From positions 77,762 to 141,761 of the forward strand of contig JAQGHG010000012.1 in assembly GCA_028288925.1 (NCBI GenBank): 64,000 nt of DNA, in the 5' to 3' direction. This DNA is from Patescibacteria group bacterium (GTDB taxonomy: Bacteria > Patescibacteriota > Saccharimonadia > UBA4664). The notes below the pieces were generated by a model. That model was not told the origin of the DNA. It saw nothing but the letters and a program-made list of their open reading frames with translations, and did no database searches. Shown piece after piece: positions 47,738 to 57,553 of the stretch. The translations under genes were made by a program, and so were the position numbers. Numbering within the stretch: position 1 is the stretch's first letter; every line of letters begins with the position of its first letter.

Positions 47738-48647
47738 GGTTGACTCCTTCGAGCCGGGGGTAGGGAGACAGGTCAAGGAACGCAGTACATTGTGCCACCG
47801 TCCAAGCGAATAGTCAATAACTCCCAAAAGCCCCCGGCCGCAATAGGCTGGGGGCTTTGATGCATTAAACAAGAAGAAGGGGGTGGGCAAGCGGAAAACC
47901 GCTGCCCACCCCCAGAATTGGGGTACCTTGCTTACGCAGAGTGTTGGATCCTGCGCCCAACTGCGTTTCGCTGGATTTATCCCCTTTGCCCACCGGACCA
48001 GGTTGCCCGGCGGACGTGGCATAGAACTCTCCGAGAAAAAAACGGAGAGCGACGTATGTGCCACAACAACACGTCGTTACTCATTACAAGACGGAGAATG
48101 AACCTCGAACGAGGGTAGCATCTCCGCGGCCGCATGGCGGCCTGTGGTGACGGTAGAACCGTCATAGGACGCGCCCGATGGGCGACTTAGGCTGCCTGTG
48201 GCAGCCAGCTCGACCTAATAGTCGGCCTCTCTTAACAGAGCAGGCCGCATTGTCGAGGCAACAACATAGTAGCACATAAGCGCTATAATGTCAATGTCTC
48301 TAGCGAATTACACCCTGAGTTACCGAAATATAAATCGTCATAAAGGCGCCCATCGTCACCAGCAACAGAGTCGCCATTAGCCGCAGCTTGCGCTCCGGAT
48401 GACTACTGGCAGTACGAAATGACCAGATGGCGCCCATCATGAAACCCGCCACGAGTAGCGCTATCCCGACCCACGAATTGAGCACAATGTACCCTGATGA
48501 TGCGAATAATAGCGCCGAGAGCAGTACCCGGTCTTGGAGAATGAACGGTTCTTTGACCCTAATCCGCGCCAGTTATGCACCTCTTACGCTTAACAACTAA
48601 TTGGCCACACTATAACGTAACCGTAACAATTATGGTAGTCTAAGAGC

Positions 48648-50324
48648 ATGAAAGATAATGCCCTGTATCTAGAAGTCGACGAGGATATTACCTCGGCTAT
48701 CGACAAGCTGACCAAATCGACCGGCGATTCCGTCCAGATCGTCGTCCCCAAGCGCTCTAGCATGCTGCAGAGTGTCATCAACCTCAAGCTGCTCAAGAAA
48801 GCCGCCGGTCAGCAGGGCAAAGAGCTGGTACTCGTCACGAACGACCGGATCGCGAGCGATCTGGCCGCCCGGGTAGGTCTGGCCGTGGCGCCTTCGCTCG
48901 GGGCCAAGCCGGTGCTGGCCGATGTCCAGATGCCGGAGCAGCTCAAATCCGTCGAGGAGGTCATCGACGCCGGTGACCCGGCTCCGCCCGTAGCCGGTCC
49001 CGCCCCGGCCGCCGCCCCGGCCAAATCCAAACGCCCGCTCCTGTTGCGCCGTCGCGAGGTCGGTGACGGTCCGCCCGCCCCGCCGCCCACACCCGATCCG
49101 GCACCCGCCGCGGCTGGTGGCGACCCGGCCAAAAAAGGCCCCAAAATTCCGAATTTCAACCGGCTTCAGCGCCGGGTAATATGGCTCGTCGTGGCCGCCC
49201 TGCTGGTCGGGAGCTACATGGCTGGCATGTACTTTCTGAGCAGCGCCAAGGTCACTCTCTACGCCAACGGTTCTAAGGTCGACATCGACACCACGTTCGC
49301 CGTCGATCCGGCCGCCAAAACCAGCGACAAGAATAAGGCCGTGTTGGCCGGGCAAGTAGTGAGCACGAGCAAGGATCTCTCCGGCTCGTTTGCCCCTACC
49401 GGCAAAAAAGACGCCGGAACCAAGGCCACCGGCACCATATCTATCAGCAACTGTCTCGACAACAATCCCCATACGTTCGTATCGGGGACCCGCTTCCAGG
49501 CTCCCGACGGCAAAATATTCCGCTCCACCGCCGAGGTGGTGGTTCCGGGCGGGCAAGGCAGTTTCTTCGGCTGTACCGCACCGGGCATGGCCACCGCGAC
49601 CGTCCAGGCGGATCAAAACGGCGACAGTTACAATGAGGGGCCCAGCACATACACTATGCCCGGCTTGCCCGCCAGCCAACAGACCGGTCAAAACAGCATC
49701 ATCTCCAAGGGCGCTCAGATGAGCGGCGGCACTACCAAGACCGTATCAGTCGTGACCCAGGCCGACATCGACACCGCCAAAGCGGCACTGATCGCCAAGG
49801 ACAAAGACAACGCCGGCCGCGACCTCCAGAGCCGTGTTCCCAAAGATTACACCGGGCTTACCTCCTCGCAGTCGACCATTACCGGCGATGTAGTCTCCTC
49901 GCCGGCCGTCGAAACCGAGGCTACTACCGCCAACCTGTCACTCAAAGTCACCTATACCGTATTGGCCGTCAAAAAGAGCGAATATCAGGAAATGGTGAAG
50001 GCGCAGGAGCTCAAGCAAGTCGGCGCCGAAAACCAGATCTACGACGACGGCTTGGCCAACGCCCAGGTGACGGCCAACGAAAAAGACTCCTCCGGGCGCC
50101 AGACCTTTCACCTCACCACCGAGGCTTCCGGCGGCGTTAAGATCGATACGGCCGGCTTGATCGAGAAGTTGCGGGGCAAACGCTACGGCGACGCCGCCGA
50201 TCTGTCCTCGCACACTTCGGGCGTCACCCGTGCCGACATCGTACTTTGGCCGAGCTGGGCCTCGAGCCTGCCGGGCCGGTCGGATAAAATTACCGTTAAG
50301 ATTCAAGTAGAAGGCACGAAATAG
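48648..50324 (+). CDS. bitopic membrane protein: cytoplasmic N-domain, Pro-rich linker, TM, large extracytoplasmic domain
   Basis: 558 aa; TM VIWLVVAALLVGSYMAGMYFL; immediately upstream of ruvX-mltG. Confidence 0.5.
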   Translation: MKDNALYLEVDEDITSAIDKLTKSTGDSVQIVVPKRSSMLQSVINLKLLKKAAGQQGKELVLVTNDRIASDLAARVGLAVAPSLGAKPVLADVQMPEQLKSVEEVIDAGDPAPPVAGPAPAAAPAKSKRPLLLRRREVGDGPPAPPPTPDPAPAAAGGDPAKKGPKIPNFNRLQRRVIWLVVAALLVGSYMAGMYFLSSAKVTLYANGSKVDIDTTFAVDPAAKTSDKNKAVLAGQVVSTSKDLSGSFAPTGKKDAGTKATGTISISNCLDNNPHTFVSGTRFQAPDGKIFRSTAEVVVPGGQGSFFGCTAPGMATATVQADQNGDSYNEGPSTYTMPGLPASQQTGQNSIISKGAQMSGGTTKTVSVVTQADIDTAKAALIAKDKDNAGRDLQSRVPKDYTGLTSSQSTITGDVVSSPAVETEATTANLSLKVTYTVLAVKKSEYQEMVKAQELKQVGAENQIYDDGLANAQVTANEKDSSGRQTFHLTTEASGGVKIDTAGLIEKLRGKRYGDAADLSSHTSGVTRADIVLWPSWASSLPGRSDKITVKIQVEGTK

Positions 50325-50332
50325 AGGCGGCA

Positions 50333-50722
50333 TTGGGCAAATACCTGGGAATTGATTATGGCGCGAAGCGGATTGGCCTGGCTACCGCCGACGCCGAAAC
50401 CAAGCTGGCTACGCCCCTCGCCACGGTGGGGGCGGCCGAGCTGATCGCAACCATTAAGCGCGAGGGACCGTTCAAGGCAGTCGTGGTTGGCCTTCCGCGC
50501 AGCCTCGACGGCCTCGAGACCGCCCAGACCTTGGCCGTGCGCCGTTTCACCGATGACGTGCTGTGGCGGCACTTGCGCATCGAGGCCGAGTTCCAAGACG
50601 AGGCCGGCACCTCGTCGCTCGCCGAAGAGCGCCTCAAGGGTGCCGGCAAGCCCTACGCCAAAGGCGCCATCGACGCGGAAGCCGCCGCTATCATTTTGCA
50701 AGATTACCTGGACGCGCTATGA
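50333..50722 (+). CDS. ruvX: Holliday-junction-resolvase-like RNase YqgF/RuvX
   Basis: YLGIDYGAKRIGLA N-terminus; VVGLPRSLDG; TTG start. Confidence 0.85.
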   Translation: MGKYLGIDYGAKRIGLATADAETKLATPLATVGAAELIATIKREGPFKAVVVGLPRSLDGLETAQTLAVRRFTDDVLWRHLRIEAEFQDEAGTSSLAEERLKGAGKPYAKGAIDAEAAAIILQDYLDAL

Positions 50723-51735
50723 AGTCTAGCTACTCTCGGCGGCCGTGGCTCACGCCGCGCAAGGTCTATGGCACGCTGCTCATCCTCGTCCTGGCCGCGG
50801 CGCCGGTGCTATACGCCAAATACCGCCTGGATCTGCGGCCGGTCGCCGCGCAAGGGCAGAGTCAGCAGTTTGTGGTGGCGGCCGGCGAAAACGCCCAGGG
50901 TATCGCCACCCATCTCCGGGCCGCCGGCCTCATTCGCGACCGTAACGCCTTCATTACGTATGTGAACCTGCACGGCTTACGCCCCCGGCTCAAGGTCGGG
51001 ACATACGCCATTGTGCCCAATCTCTCGGCCGCCCAAATCGCCGAGCTCCTAGCCGGCGGCAAAACTATCTCGAAGCGCTTGCTCGTGCCCGAAGGCTACC
51101 GACTCAGCCAGATTACGGCCGCCGCCGCCAGCCTGGGCATCGACAAAACAGCCTTCGCGGCCGCCCTAACTGCCGCCCACCGCCAGACATTCCTGACCGG
51201 CAAACCGGCCAATGTCGACCTCGAGGGCTACCTCTTCCCGGATTCCTACGCCGTCGACGCCGACACCACCCCAACTCAGCTCGTAAACGCCATGCTCGAT
51301 AACTTCGGCAAGCGCGTCGGCCCCGAGTACACCCAAGCCTTTGCCGCCGAGGGGCTCACCCTTCATCAGGGTCTCACGCTCGCTTCGGTGATCGAAAAAG
51401 AAGTCCACAACCCCGCCGACCGCCCCATTGTGGCGCAGGTCTTTCTCAAACGCTTCAAAACCGGCATGCCGCTGGGCTCCGACGTTACCACCCAATACGC
51501 TGCCGACCAGCTCCATGTACCCTTTGATACTAATCTCGACTCCCACTACAATACCCGCCGTTACCCCGGCTTGCCGCCCGGGCCCATCTGTAGCCCCGGC
51601 CTTGGCGCTCTCGATGCCGCCGCCCACCCTGCTACTACCGATTACCTCTACTTTCTAAGCGACAAAAACGGCAAAACCTACTTTGCCAAGACATACGCTG
51701 AGCACCAGCAGAATATCGTTAAGTATCTCCAGTAG
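50719..51735 (+). CDS. mltG: endolytic murein transglycosylase MltG (YceG family)
   Basis: ATG overlaps the ruvX stop (ATGA); N-terminal TM; YceG-like GxYxxxPN and LVPEGYRL motifs. Confidence 0.85.
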   Translation: MKSSYSRRPWLTPRKVYGTLLILVLAAAPVLYAKYRLDLRPVAAQGQSQQFVVAAGENAQGIATHLRAAGLIRDRNAFITYVNLHGLRPRLKVGTYAIVPNLSAAQIAELLAGGKTISKRLLVPEGYRLSQITAAAASLGIDKTAFAAALTAAHRQTFLTGKPANVDLEGYLFPDSYAVDADTTPTQLVNAMLDNFGKRVGPEYTQAFAAEGLTLHQGLTLASVIEKEVHNPADRPIVAQVFLKRFKTGMPLGSDVTTQYAADQLHVPFDTNLDSHYNTRRYPGLPPGPICSPGLGALDAAAHPATTDYLYFLSDKNGKTYFAKTYAEHQQNIVKYLQ

Positions 51736-51985
51736 CGTAACGGGTCCTGGCAGCTTCGGAATATCTCTCCTCGGGCGAGCGAGCGCTGCCCGTCTCTTCG
51801 GTGGACACGATATCAGTATCCGCACTCGCTTCCTCGGAGAGACATTCCTGCGCCGCCACCCGTAAAAAGCGCCACATGGAGCTCAAATTTGACAACGTGT
51901 GGAACATATCATACCGGTGTGTCGTGATGTTTATTTGATGCCGTGAAGGGCCGCATTTTCCCCTTGGCAAGGCTCTTTAACATGG

Positions 51986-52014
51986 TTGACAGATACGGAT
52001 GAGAGAATTAGACT
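51986..52014 (+). promoter_or_regulatory. candidate sigma70-type promoter TTGACA-N17-TAGACT ahead of the LysM-CHAP gene
   Basis: hexamers read from sequence; would give a leader of roughly 230 nt. Confidence 0.3.
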
Positions 52015-52252
52015 ACGAAAGTAAATCGATAAGCGTTAGCGGAATGGTGATGTAACCGCCGGCTGCGAACCGATTTACTACCTGAACCGTCGATACGAAG
52101 GATTAACTAAGGTCGAAATACTTCTGCCCTGTCTCAGATAGGGGAAGGACCCAGTAAGGTAGTACTCGCTCAAGTTTATGAGCGGGGTGGAGAGAAACGT
52201 TATTAGTAGAGATGCCCTTAGTGTCTCCCTTGAAGGATTCCCATCGGTTCAA

Positions 52253-53389
52253 ATGAGCCCGGGGATCGGAGCCACGCCAGAGACATTTTCGAACATAAAA
52301 ACTCCGGCAGCGGCCCAGAAGAGCCGGACTGCGTCCAAACTCGAAATCTCGAAAAAAGTCCAAAAAATCTATCGTTCGCGCTATTTAGCCCACGTTGGCG
52401 TGCTCAGCATCGCCGCTCTCCTCGTCCTCAGCCATGATCCGGCTAAGGCCCATTCGGTCTCGGTACGGCTAATGTCGGCCCACGCCGGCATGAGCACCAC
52501 GCTCGACGACGTCGCCACGGCTAGCATGGCCGCCGATATCGCCGGCGCCGGCAGTATGCTCGTAGACGCCGAGGCGGCCAAGACCGCTACGAGCAAAAAC
52601 GAGCAGGTAGCCTTGCTTACAAGCGATGACAGCACGCTCGCCAAGCGCCAGGTCGTTTCAACGGCCGGCAACGCCACCCGCGACATCAGCACCTACGCCG
52701 TACAGCCCGGTGACACCCTCTCCGGGGTCGCTAGTAAATTTAATATCACCAGCTCCACCCTCAAGTGGGCCAATGAGCTCGATGACGCCGATGCCATTAA
52801 GCCCGGCCAAGAGCTAACCATTCTGCCCGTCAGCGGCCTGCTCTATACGGTGCAATCCGGCGACACCGCCGATAGCTTGGCGGGTAGCTACAGTGCCAAC
52901 GCCGCCCAGATCCTGTCGTTCAACAACGCCGAGGTCAAGGGCCTGGCCGTCGGCATGAAGATCATCATCCCCGACGGCGTCAAGCAGGAGGCTCCCAAAG
53001 CCGCCCCGGCCGCTCCCGCCACCAGTAGCTACGGCCGCGTAGCCGGCGCCAGCACCATCCGCCCCACACTTACCAACTTTGCCGGCGGCGCCAATGGTTA
53101 CTCCTATGGTTACTGCACCTACTACGTGGCCGGCCGCCGCAGCGTCCCCTCTAGCTGGGGCAATGCCAGCTCCTGGTACTACAACGCCCAAGCCTCCGGT
53201 TTCTCAGTGGGCTCCCAGCCCGTACCCGGCGCCATAGCCTGGACCGGCGCCGGCTACTACGGCCACGTGGCTTACGTCGAAGGCGTCTCCGGCGGCATGG
53301 TGACCATCAGCGAGATGAACTTCAACGGCAACTGGAACCGCGTTACCTCCCGCACCGTCTCCGCCTCTAGCTTCCGCTACATTTACTAG
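52253..53389 (+). CDS. secreted peptidoglycan hydrolase with two LysM domains and C-terminal CHAP domain
   Basis: LysM YAVQPGDTLSGVASKF / YTVQSGDTADSLAGSY; CHAP-like GYCTYYVAGRR...YGHVAYVEGV; the track starts at 52178. Confidence 0.8.
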   Translation: MSPGIGATPETFSNIKTPAAAQKSRTASKLEISKKVQKIYRSRYLAHVGVLSIAALLVLSHDPAKAHSVSVRLMSAHAGMSTTLDDVATASMAADIAGAGSMLVDAEAAKTATSKNEQVALLTSDDSTLAKRQVVSTAGNATRDISTYAVQPGDTLSGVASKFNITSSTLKWANELDDADAIKPGQELTILPVSGLLYTVQSGDTADSLAGSYSANAAQILSFNNAEVKGLAVGMKIIIPDGVKQEAPKAAPAAPATSSYGRVAGASTIRPTLTNFAGGANGYSYGYCTYYVAGRRSVPSSWGNASSWYYNAQASGFSVGSQPVPGAIAWTGAGYYGHVAYVEGVSGGMVTISEMNFNGNWNRVTSRTVSASSFRYIY

Positions 53390-53515
53390 GGTAAAGGCCA
53401 TATAAACACAAAGTAGAGCCCGGTTGCATTTGCGGCCGGGCTTTCAGGTAGCGTTACAGCCGATTTTCAACATAACTAGTACAAAAAATCAAGTTCGTGG
53501 TACAATGAGCACAAC

Positions 53516-54784
53516 ATGTTTGCAGATACAGCCACAATCGAAGTAAAGGCGGGCAAGGGCGGCGATGGCCGCCTCAGTTTTCGTCACGAGAAATACCGCG
53601 CCATGGGCGGCCCAGACGGCGGCGACGGCGGCCGTGGCGGCGACATCATCGTGCGCGTGGACCACAACCTCAATACGCTTTCGGCCTATCGCAACTCCCG
53701 CATCATCCGCGGCAAGGACGGCGAGGCCGGCGGCGGCAACCGCATGCACGGCGCCAACGGCGAAGAGGCCGTCGTACGCGTGCCCCAGGGCACGCAGGTC
53801 TGGGAAGGCGAGCGGCTAATAATAGACCTCTCAGAAGGCGACCAGGAGACCATTATTGCCAAGGGCGGCCGCGGCGGCTTCGGCAACGCCCACTTCAAAT
53901 CCAGCACCCGCCAGGCCCCGCGCAACGCCGAGCTCGGCGAACGCGGCGACGCCTATCAGCTCCGGCTCGAGCTCAAGATGGTGGCCGATGTCGGCCTGGT
54001 GGGCCTGCCCAACGCCGGCAAATCCACCCTGCTCTCGGTAATCTCCAATGCCAAGCCCGAAATCGCCGATTATCCCTTTACCACCCTCGTGCCCAACCTC
54101 GGCGTGGTTGACGTCGACGAATATGGCTTCCTGGTAGCCGACATCCCCGGCCTCATCGAAGGCGCCAGCCAAGGCAAGGGGCTAGGCGACGAGTTCCTGC
54201 GCCACATCGAGCGCACCGCCGTCCTCCTGCACCTCATCGACGCCCGCTCCGAAGACCCGGCCGCCGACTACAACGTAATCCAAGGCGAATTGCGCGACTA
54301 CCAGGTAGATCTTTCGGCCAAACCTCAGATCATCGTCCTCACCAAGCAGGAAACCGTCGACGCCGAACAGCTCAAGGCCGCCGAAAAAGCCGTCAAGAAG
54401 GCCGCCGGCAAGATCCCCATTTTCGTCATCTCCGCCCAGACCCACGCCGGCCTCCTGCCGCTGCTACGCGCCGCCGCCGAGCTCGTTAAAGCCGCCCGCA
54501 TTCGCCACGAAGAAGAACTGGCAAATGCCGCCGTGCCCGTCATCGACACCGTCGACCAACCTGATTTCTGGCGCGTCACCGCCGAGGGCGAAGGCGTCTG
54601 GCGCGTTACCGGCGAGCATATCCAGGGCTTTGCCCGCCGCACCAACTTTGAGCAAGACGACGCCGTCCGCCGCCTGCGCGACATTTTGGTCAAGACCGGC
54701 GTCGCCCGCGAACTCCGCCGCCAAGGCGCCCAAGACGGCGACATCATCCACATCGACGACACTGAGCTTTCCTGGCTCGACTAA
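53516..54784 (+). CDS. obg: GTPase Obg
   Basis: Gly-rich Obg fold KAGKGGDGRLSFRHEKY...GGDGGRGGD; G1 GLVGLPNAGKST; G4 TKQE. Confidence 0.92.
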   Translation: MFADTATIEVKAGKGGDGRLSFRHEKYRAMGGPDGGDGGRGGDIIVRVDHNLNTLSAYRNSRIIRGKDGEAGGGNRMHGANGEEAVVRVPQGTQVWEGERLIIDLSEGDQETIIAKGGRGGFGNAHFKSSTRQAPRNAELGERGDAYQLRLELKMVADVGLVGLPNAGKSTLLSVISNAKPEIADYPFTTLVPNLGVVDVDEYGFLVADIPGLIEGASQGKGLGDEFLRHIERTAVLLHLIDARSEDPAADYNVIQGELRDYQVDLSAKPQIIVLTKQETVDAEQLKAAEKAVKKAAGKIPIFVISAQTHAGLLPLLRAAAELVKAARIRHEEELANAAVPVIDTVDQPDFWRVTAEGEGVWRVTGEHIQGFARRTNFEQDDAVRRLRDILVKTGVARELRRQGAQDGDIIHIDDTELSWLD

Positions 54785-54856
54785 AAACCGAACATTAGCC
54801 AAATACCCTAGAGCTTGTTATACTGTCAAACATTGTTATAAATAAGCCCAAGTACA

Positions 54857-56674
54857 ATGTCGCAGGTTAAGCCCCATTACACCAAACAGACACTCAGTCT
54901 TTTTTGGCAACATATCAAGCGGTATCCCCAGCATCTCTGGCCGTTACTGTTCACGATTCCCGCTACCGTTCTGGTGGGGGAGTTTCTGCGCCCCTACGTT
55001 ACGGCCGATATTCTCAATCGCCTCAGTACCGGCTCCTATGATCACCACAACCTCTTAGCGAGCTTTGGCTCCCAGCTGCTGATCTTCGCGGCGGCTAGCA
55101 TCTTCTATGGCGTCATCGGCTGGCGCGTCACCAACTGGATCTCGTGGCGGCTTGAGCTCAAGGTAATGCGCGAGCTCACGCAACGTGTCTTCGGTCACCT
55201 CTTGGCCATGAGCCCCAATTTTCATGCCAACCGGTTCGGTGGCTCGCTAGTCTCGCAGACCAATAAACTCAACGGCGCCTACATCCGTTTGATGGACTCG
55301 ACCGTTTTCGCGGTAATTCCCCTCGTAATATCGGTGATAGCTACGGTTGTAATCTTGGTGCCGCGAGCTCCCCTCTATGTGGCCGCGCTGCTCGTGATCT
55401 CAGCGGTTTATCTCGTGGGTACCATTCACTTTTCCCGCGCGGTCCGAGACGCCAACGCCGAAGAAGCCGCCGTCCAGAGCCGCCAAACCGGCTACCTATC
55501 CGACAGCATCACCAATGTCTTCGCGATTAAAACCTTTGCGGCGGCGGATTACGAAGGCAAGCGCTTCTGGAAGATGAGCGGACTCGTGCAAGAAGCCGGC
55601 CACAAATCCATGCGGGCCACCCTCAAGCGCGAAAACTATGCCAGCCTCCTTACACAAACTCTAGGCATCGTGGCGCTCTGTATCGCCGTAATAGGTGTGG
55701 GCGTACTCAAGGCCGACATCGGCACCATCTTCCTGGTCGTCAGCTACACCGCCTCCATGGCCGAGCGCCTGTGGAACTTCCAGAATGTCCTGCGCCAGTA
55801 CAACCGGGCTATGGGTGACGCCAGCGACATGGTAGAGATTCTACAGATTAAGCCGGGCATTCAGGACCCGGCCCGGCCGGAGCCGTCGCGCATGCGCCAG
55901 GGCGCCATCACCTTTACCGGCGTAACGTTCACCCACGGCGACGCCGACGAAACCCTCTTCGAAGACTTCAGCCTCAAGATTAAGCCCGGCGAAAAGATTG
56001 GCTTGGTTGGGCATTCCGGCTCCGGCAAGACCACCCTCACCCGGCTGCTGCTGCGTTTCTCCGACCTCGATAGCGGCCATATCACGATCGACGGCCAAGA
56101 TATCGCCGCCGTCACCCAGGACGACCTGCGCCGGGCTATTAGCTATGTTCCGCAGGAGCCGATGCTCTTCCACCGTACCCTGCGCGAAAACATCGCCTAT
56201 GGCAAGCTCGACGCGCCGGAAGAGGAGATCATGCGGGCGGCCACGCGCGCCCACGCTCACGAGTTCATCGGCAAAATACCCAAAGGCTATGAGACGATGG
56301 TGGGCGAGCGGGGTATCAAGCTTAGTGGCGGCCAACGCCAGCGCATCGCCATCGCCCGGGCCATGCTCAAGGACGCGCCCATTCTGGTGCTCGACGAAGC
56401 CACTAGCGCTCTCGACAGCGAATCCGAACATCTCATCCAAGACGCGCTCTGGAGCCTCATGGAGGGCCGCACCGCCATCGTCATCGCTCACCGCCTCAGC
56501 ACCATCCAGCACATGGACCGGATCATCGTGCTCGAAGACGGCCGCATCACGGAGCAAGGCTCGCACGCCAAGCTCCTAGCCAAGGGCGGCGCCTACGCCA
56601 AGCTCTGGTCGCGCCAGTCGGGCGGCTTCATCGACGGCGACGAAGAGGCGGCAGCGGAAGACTCCAAGAGCTAG
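54857..56674 (+). CDS. ABC transporter permease/ATP-binding protein (MsbA-like exporter)
   Basis: 6 TM N-domain; Walker A GHSGSGKTT; signature LSGGQRQRIAIARA; Walker B ILVLDEATS. Confidence 0.88.
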   Translation: MSQVKPHYTKQTLSLFWQHIKRYPQHLWPLLFTIPATVLVGEFLRPYVTADILNRLSTGSYDHHNLLASFGSQLLIFAAASIFYGVIGWRVTNWISWRLELKVMRELTQRVFGHLLAMSPNFHANRFGGSLVSQTNKLNGAYIRLMDSTVFAVIPLVISVIATVVILVPRAPLYVAALLVISAVYLVGTIHFSRAVRDANAEEAAVQSRQTGYLSDSITNVFAIKTFAAADYEGKRFWKMSGLVQEAGHKSMRATLKRENYASLLTQTLGIVALCIAVIGVGVLKADIGTIFLVVSYTASMAERLWNFQNVLRQYNRAMGDASDMVEILQIKPGIQDPARPEPSRMRQGAITFTGVTFTHGDADETLFEDFSLKIKPGEKIGLVGHSGSGKTTLTRLLLRFSDLDSGHITIDGQDIAAVTQDDLRRAISYVPQEPMLFHRTLRENIAYGKLDAPEEEIMRAATRAHAHEFIGKIPKGYETMVGERGIKLSGGQRQRIAIARAMLKDAPILVLDEATSALDSESEHLIQDALWSLMEGRTAIVIAHRLSTIQHMDRIIVLEDGRITEQGSHAKLLAKGGAYAKLWSRQSGGFIDGDEEAAAEDSKS

Positions 56675-56705
56675 CCGAGCCGGGGTTTCTCCACGCACCA
56701 TCCGA

Positions 56706-56745
56706 TTTTACTTAGATTTCCGATGCATCGGAAATCTAAGTAAAA
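56706..56745. repeat. 40-bp perfect palindrome TTTTACTTAGATTTCCGATGCATCGGAAATCTAAGTAAAA
   Basis: read directly; lies between the ABC transporter stop and tRNA-Ala. Confidence 0.55.
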
Positions 56746-56818
56746 TGGTGAGTCCTGTCCCCACTGGGCGTAGTGCGGATTGACGAACTGCCCGCGACCA
56801 GGCACAATAGACCAGTTC

Positions 56819-56895
56819 GGGGCATTAGCTCAGCTGGCTAGAGCGCTGCATTCGCATTGCAGAGGTCAAGAGTTCGAATCTCTTATGCTCCACCA
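56819..56895 (+). tRNA. tRNA-Ala (anticodon CGC), CCA-encoded
   Basis: GGGGCAT acceptor stem with G3:U70; anticodon stem CTGCA/TGCAG, loop TTCGCAT; T-arm GGTCAAGAGTTCGAATCTCTT; 3' ACCA. Confidence 0.88.
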
Positions 56896-56924
56896 TTTTA
56901 GTTTCTTTTACTTCTTTTTAGTTT
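56885..56924 (+). repeat. direct repeat DR1 (40 nt: tRNA-Ala 3' end ATGCTCCACCA plus TTTTAGTTTCTTTTACTTCTTTTTAGTTT), identical to 57463-57502
   Basis: read directly; each copy is followed by a GAGCC-GNRA-GGCTC hairpin plus T-run. Confidence 0.75.
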
Positions 56925-56965
56925 TCATTAAGAGCCGTGAGGCTCTTTTTGATATACTCATGCAT

Positions 56966-57434
56966 ATGGAAATTATAGACATAGTAGATTTAGGCGATAA
57001 TGTTATCGGGTCGGCCGAAAAGTCGGATGTTTTGGGGCCAAGGATTAACCTGCCGTGTCTCATTTATCATGATTCAAAATGATGCCGGTGAATTTTTCTT
57101 ACAGCAGCGCAAGTCAACTAAGAAAACGTACCCTTTATATTGGTCTGGTGCGGCTGCGGGCCACGTCGCAAGTGGCGAAACGTATGAGCAGGCTGCCCTG
57201 CGAGAATTAGCCGAAGAACTCGGCGTATCAGTGAAACTTCAAAACATTGGTAAGCAATATTCTAAAGATGATAAAGAATTCGTAAGCTTCTTCATTGGAA
57301 AGAGCAACGGCCCATTTAAGCTCGAGGAAGATGCTATCGAAAAAGCTGAGTTCTTCTCCTTGGAACGATTAAAGAATCAAACCACGGAGATAAAGGTAAC
57401 CTCCTGCCTACAAGCTGCACTCTTGCTGATTTAG
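56966..57434 (+). pseudogene. NUDIX hydrolase gene with apparent frameshift (cassette 1)
   Basis: the N-terminus MEIIDIVDLGDNVIGSAEKSDV...(stop at 57082) continues in another frame as ...RVSFIMIQNDAGEFFLQQRK...Nudix box GHVASGETYEQAALRELAEELGV; shift near the GGGG run around 57035. Confidence 0.5.
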
Positions 57435-57462
57435 CACAAGCTCAGCGCTAACAGCGCCCACA

Positions 57463-57502
57463 ATGCTCCACCATTTTAGTTTCTTTTACTTCTTTTTAGT
57501 TT
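57463..57502 (+). repeat. direct repeat DR2, 40/40 identical to DR1
   Basis: read directly. Confidence 0.75.
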
Positions 57503-57553
57503 GAGTTAGTTTTCCCTTAAGAGCCGCGAGGCTCTTTTTGGTATCATAGCCCT

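Noticed and set aside
51736-52252. ydaO/c-di-AMP riboswitch upstream of the LysM-CHAP gene
   Set aside because: I could not find the conserved ydaO elements (for example CAGCUAACC, the pseudo-symmetric GGGGA/CCC cores) in the leader. It is kept only as an unspecified long leader.
56780-57082. 100-aa ORF spanning tRNA-Ala and the direct repeat
   Set aside because: It is an artefactual read-through of the tRNA and repeat. Only its last roughly 39 codons (from ATG 56966) are meaningful, as the N-terminal fragment of the frameshifted NUDIX gene.
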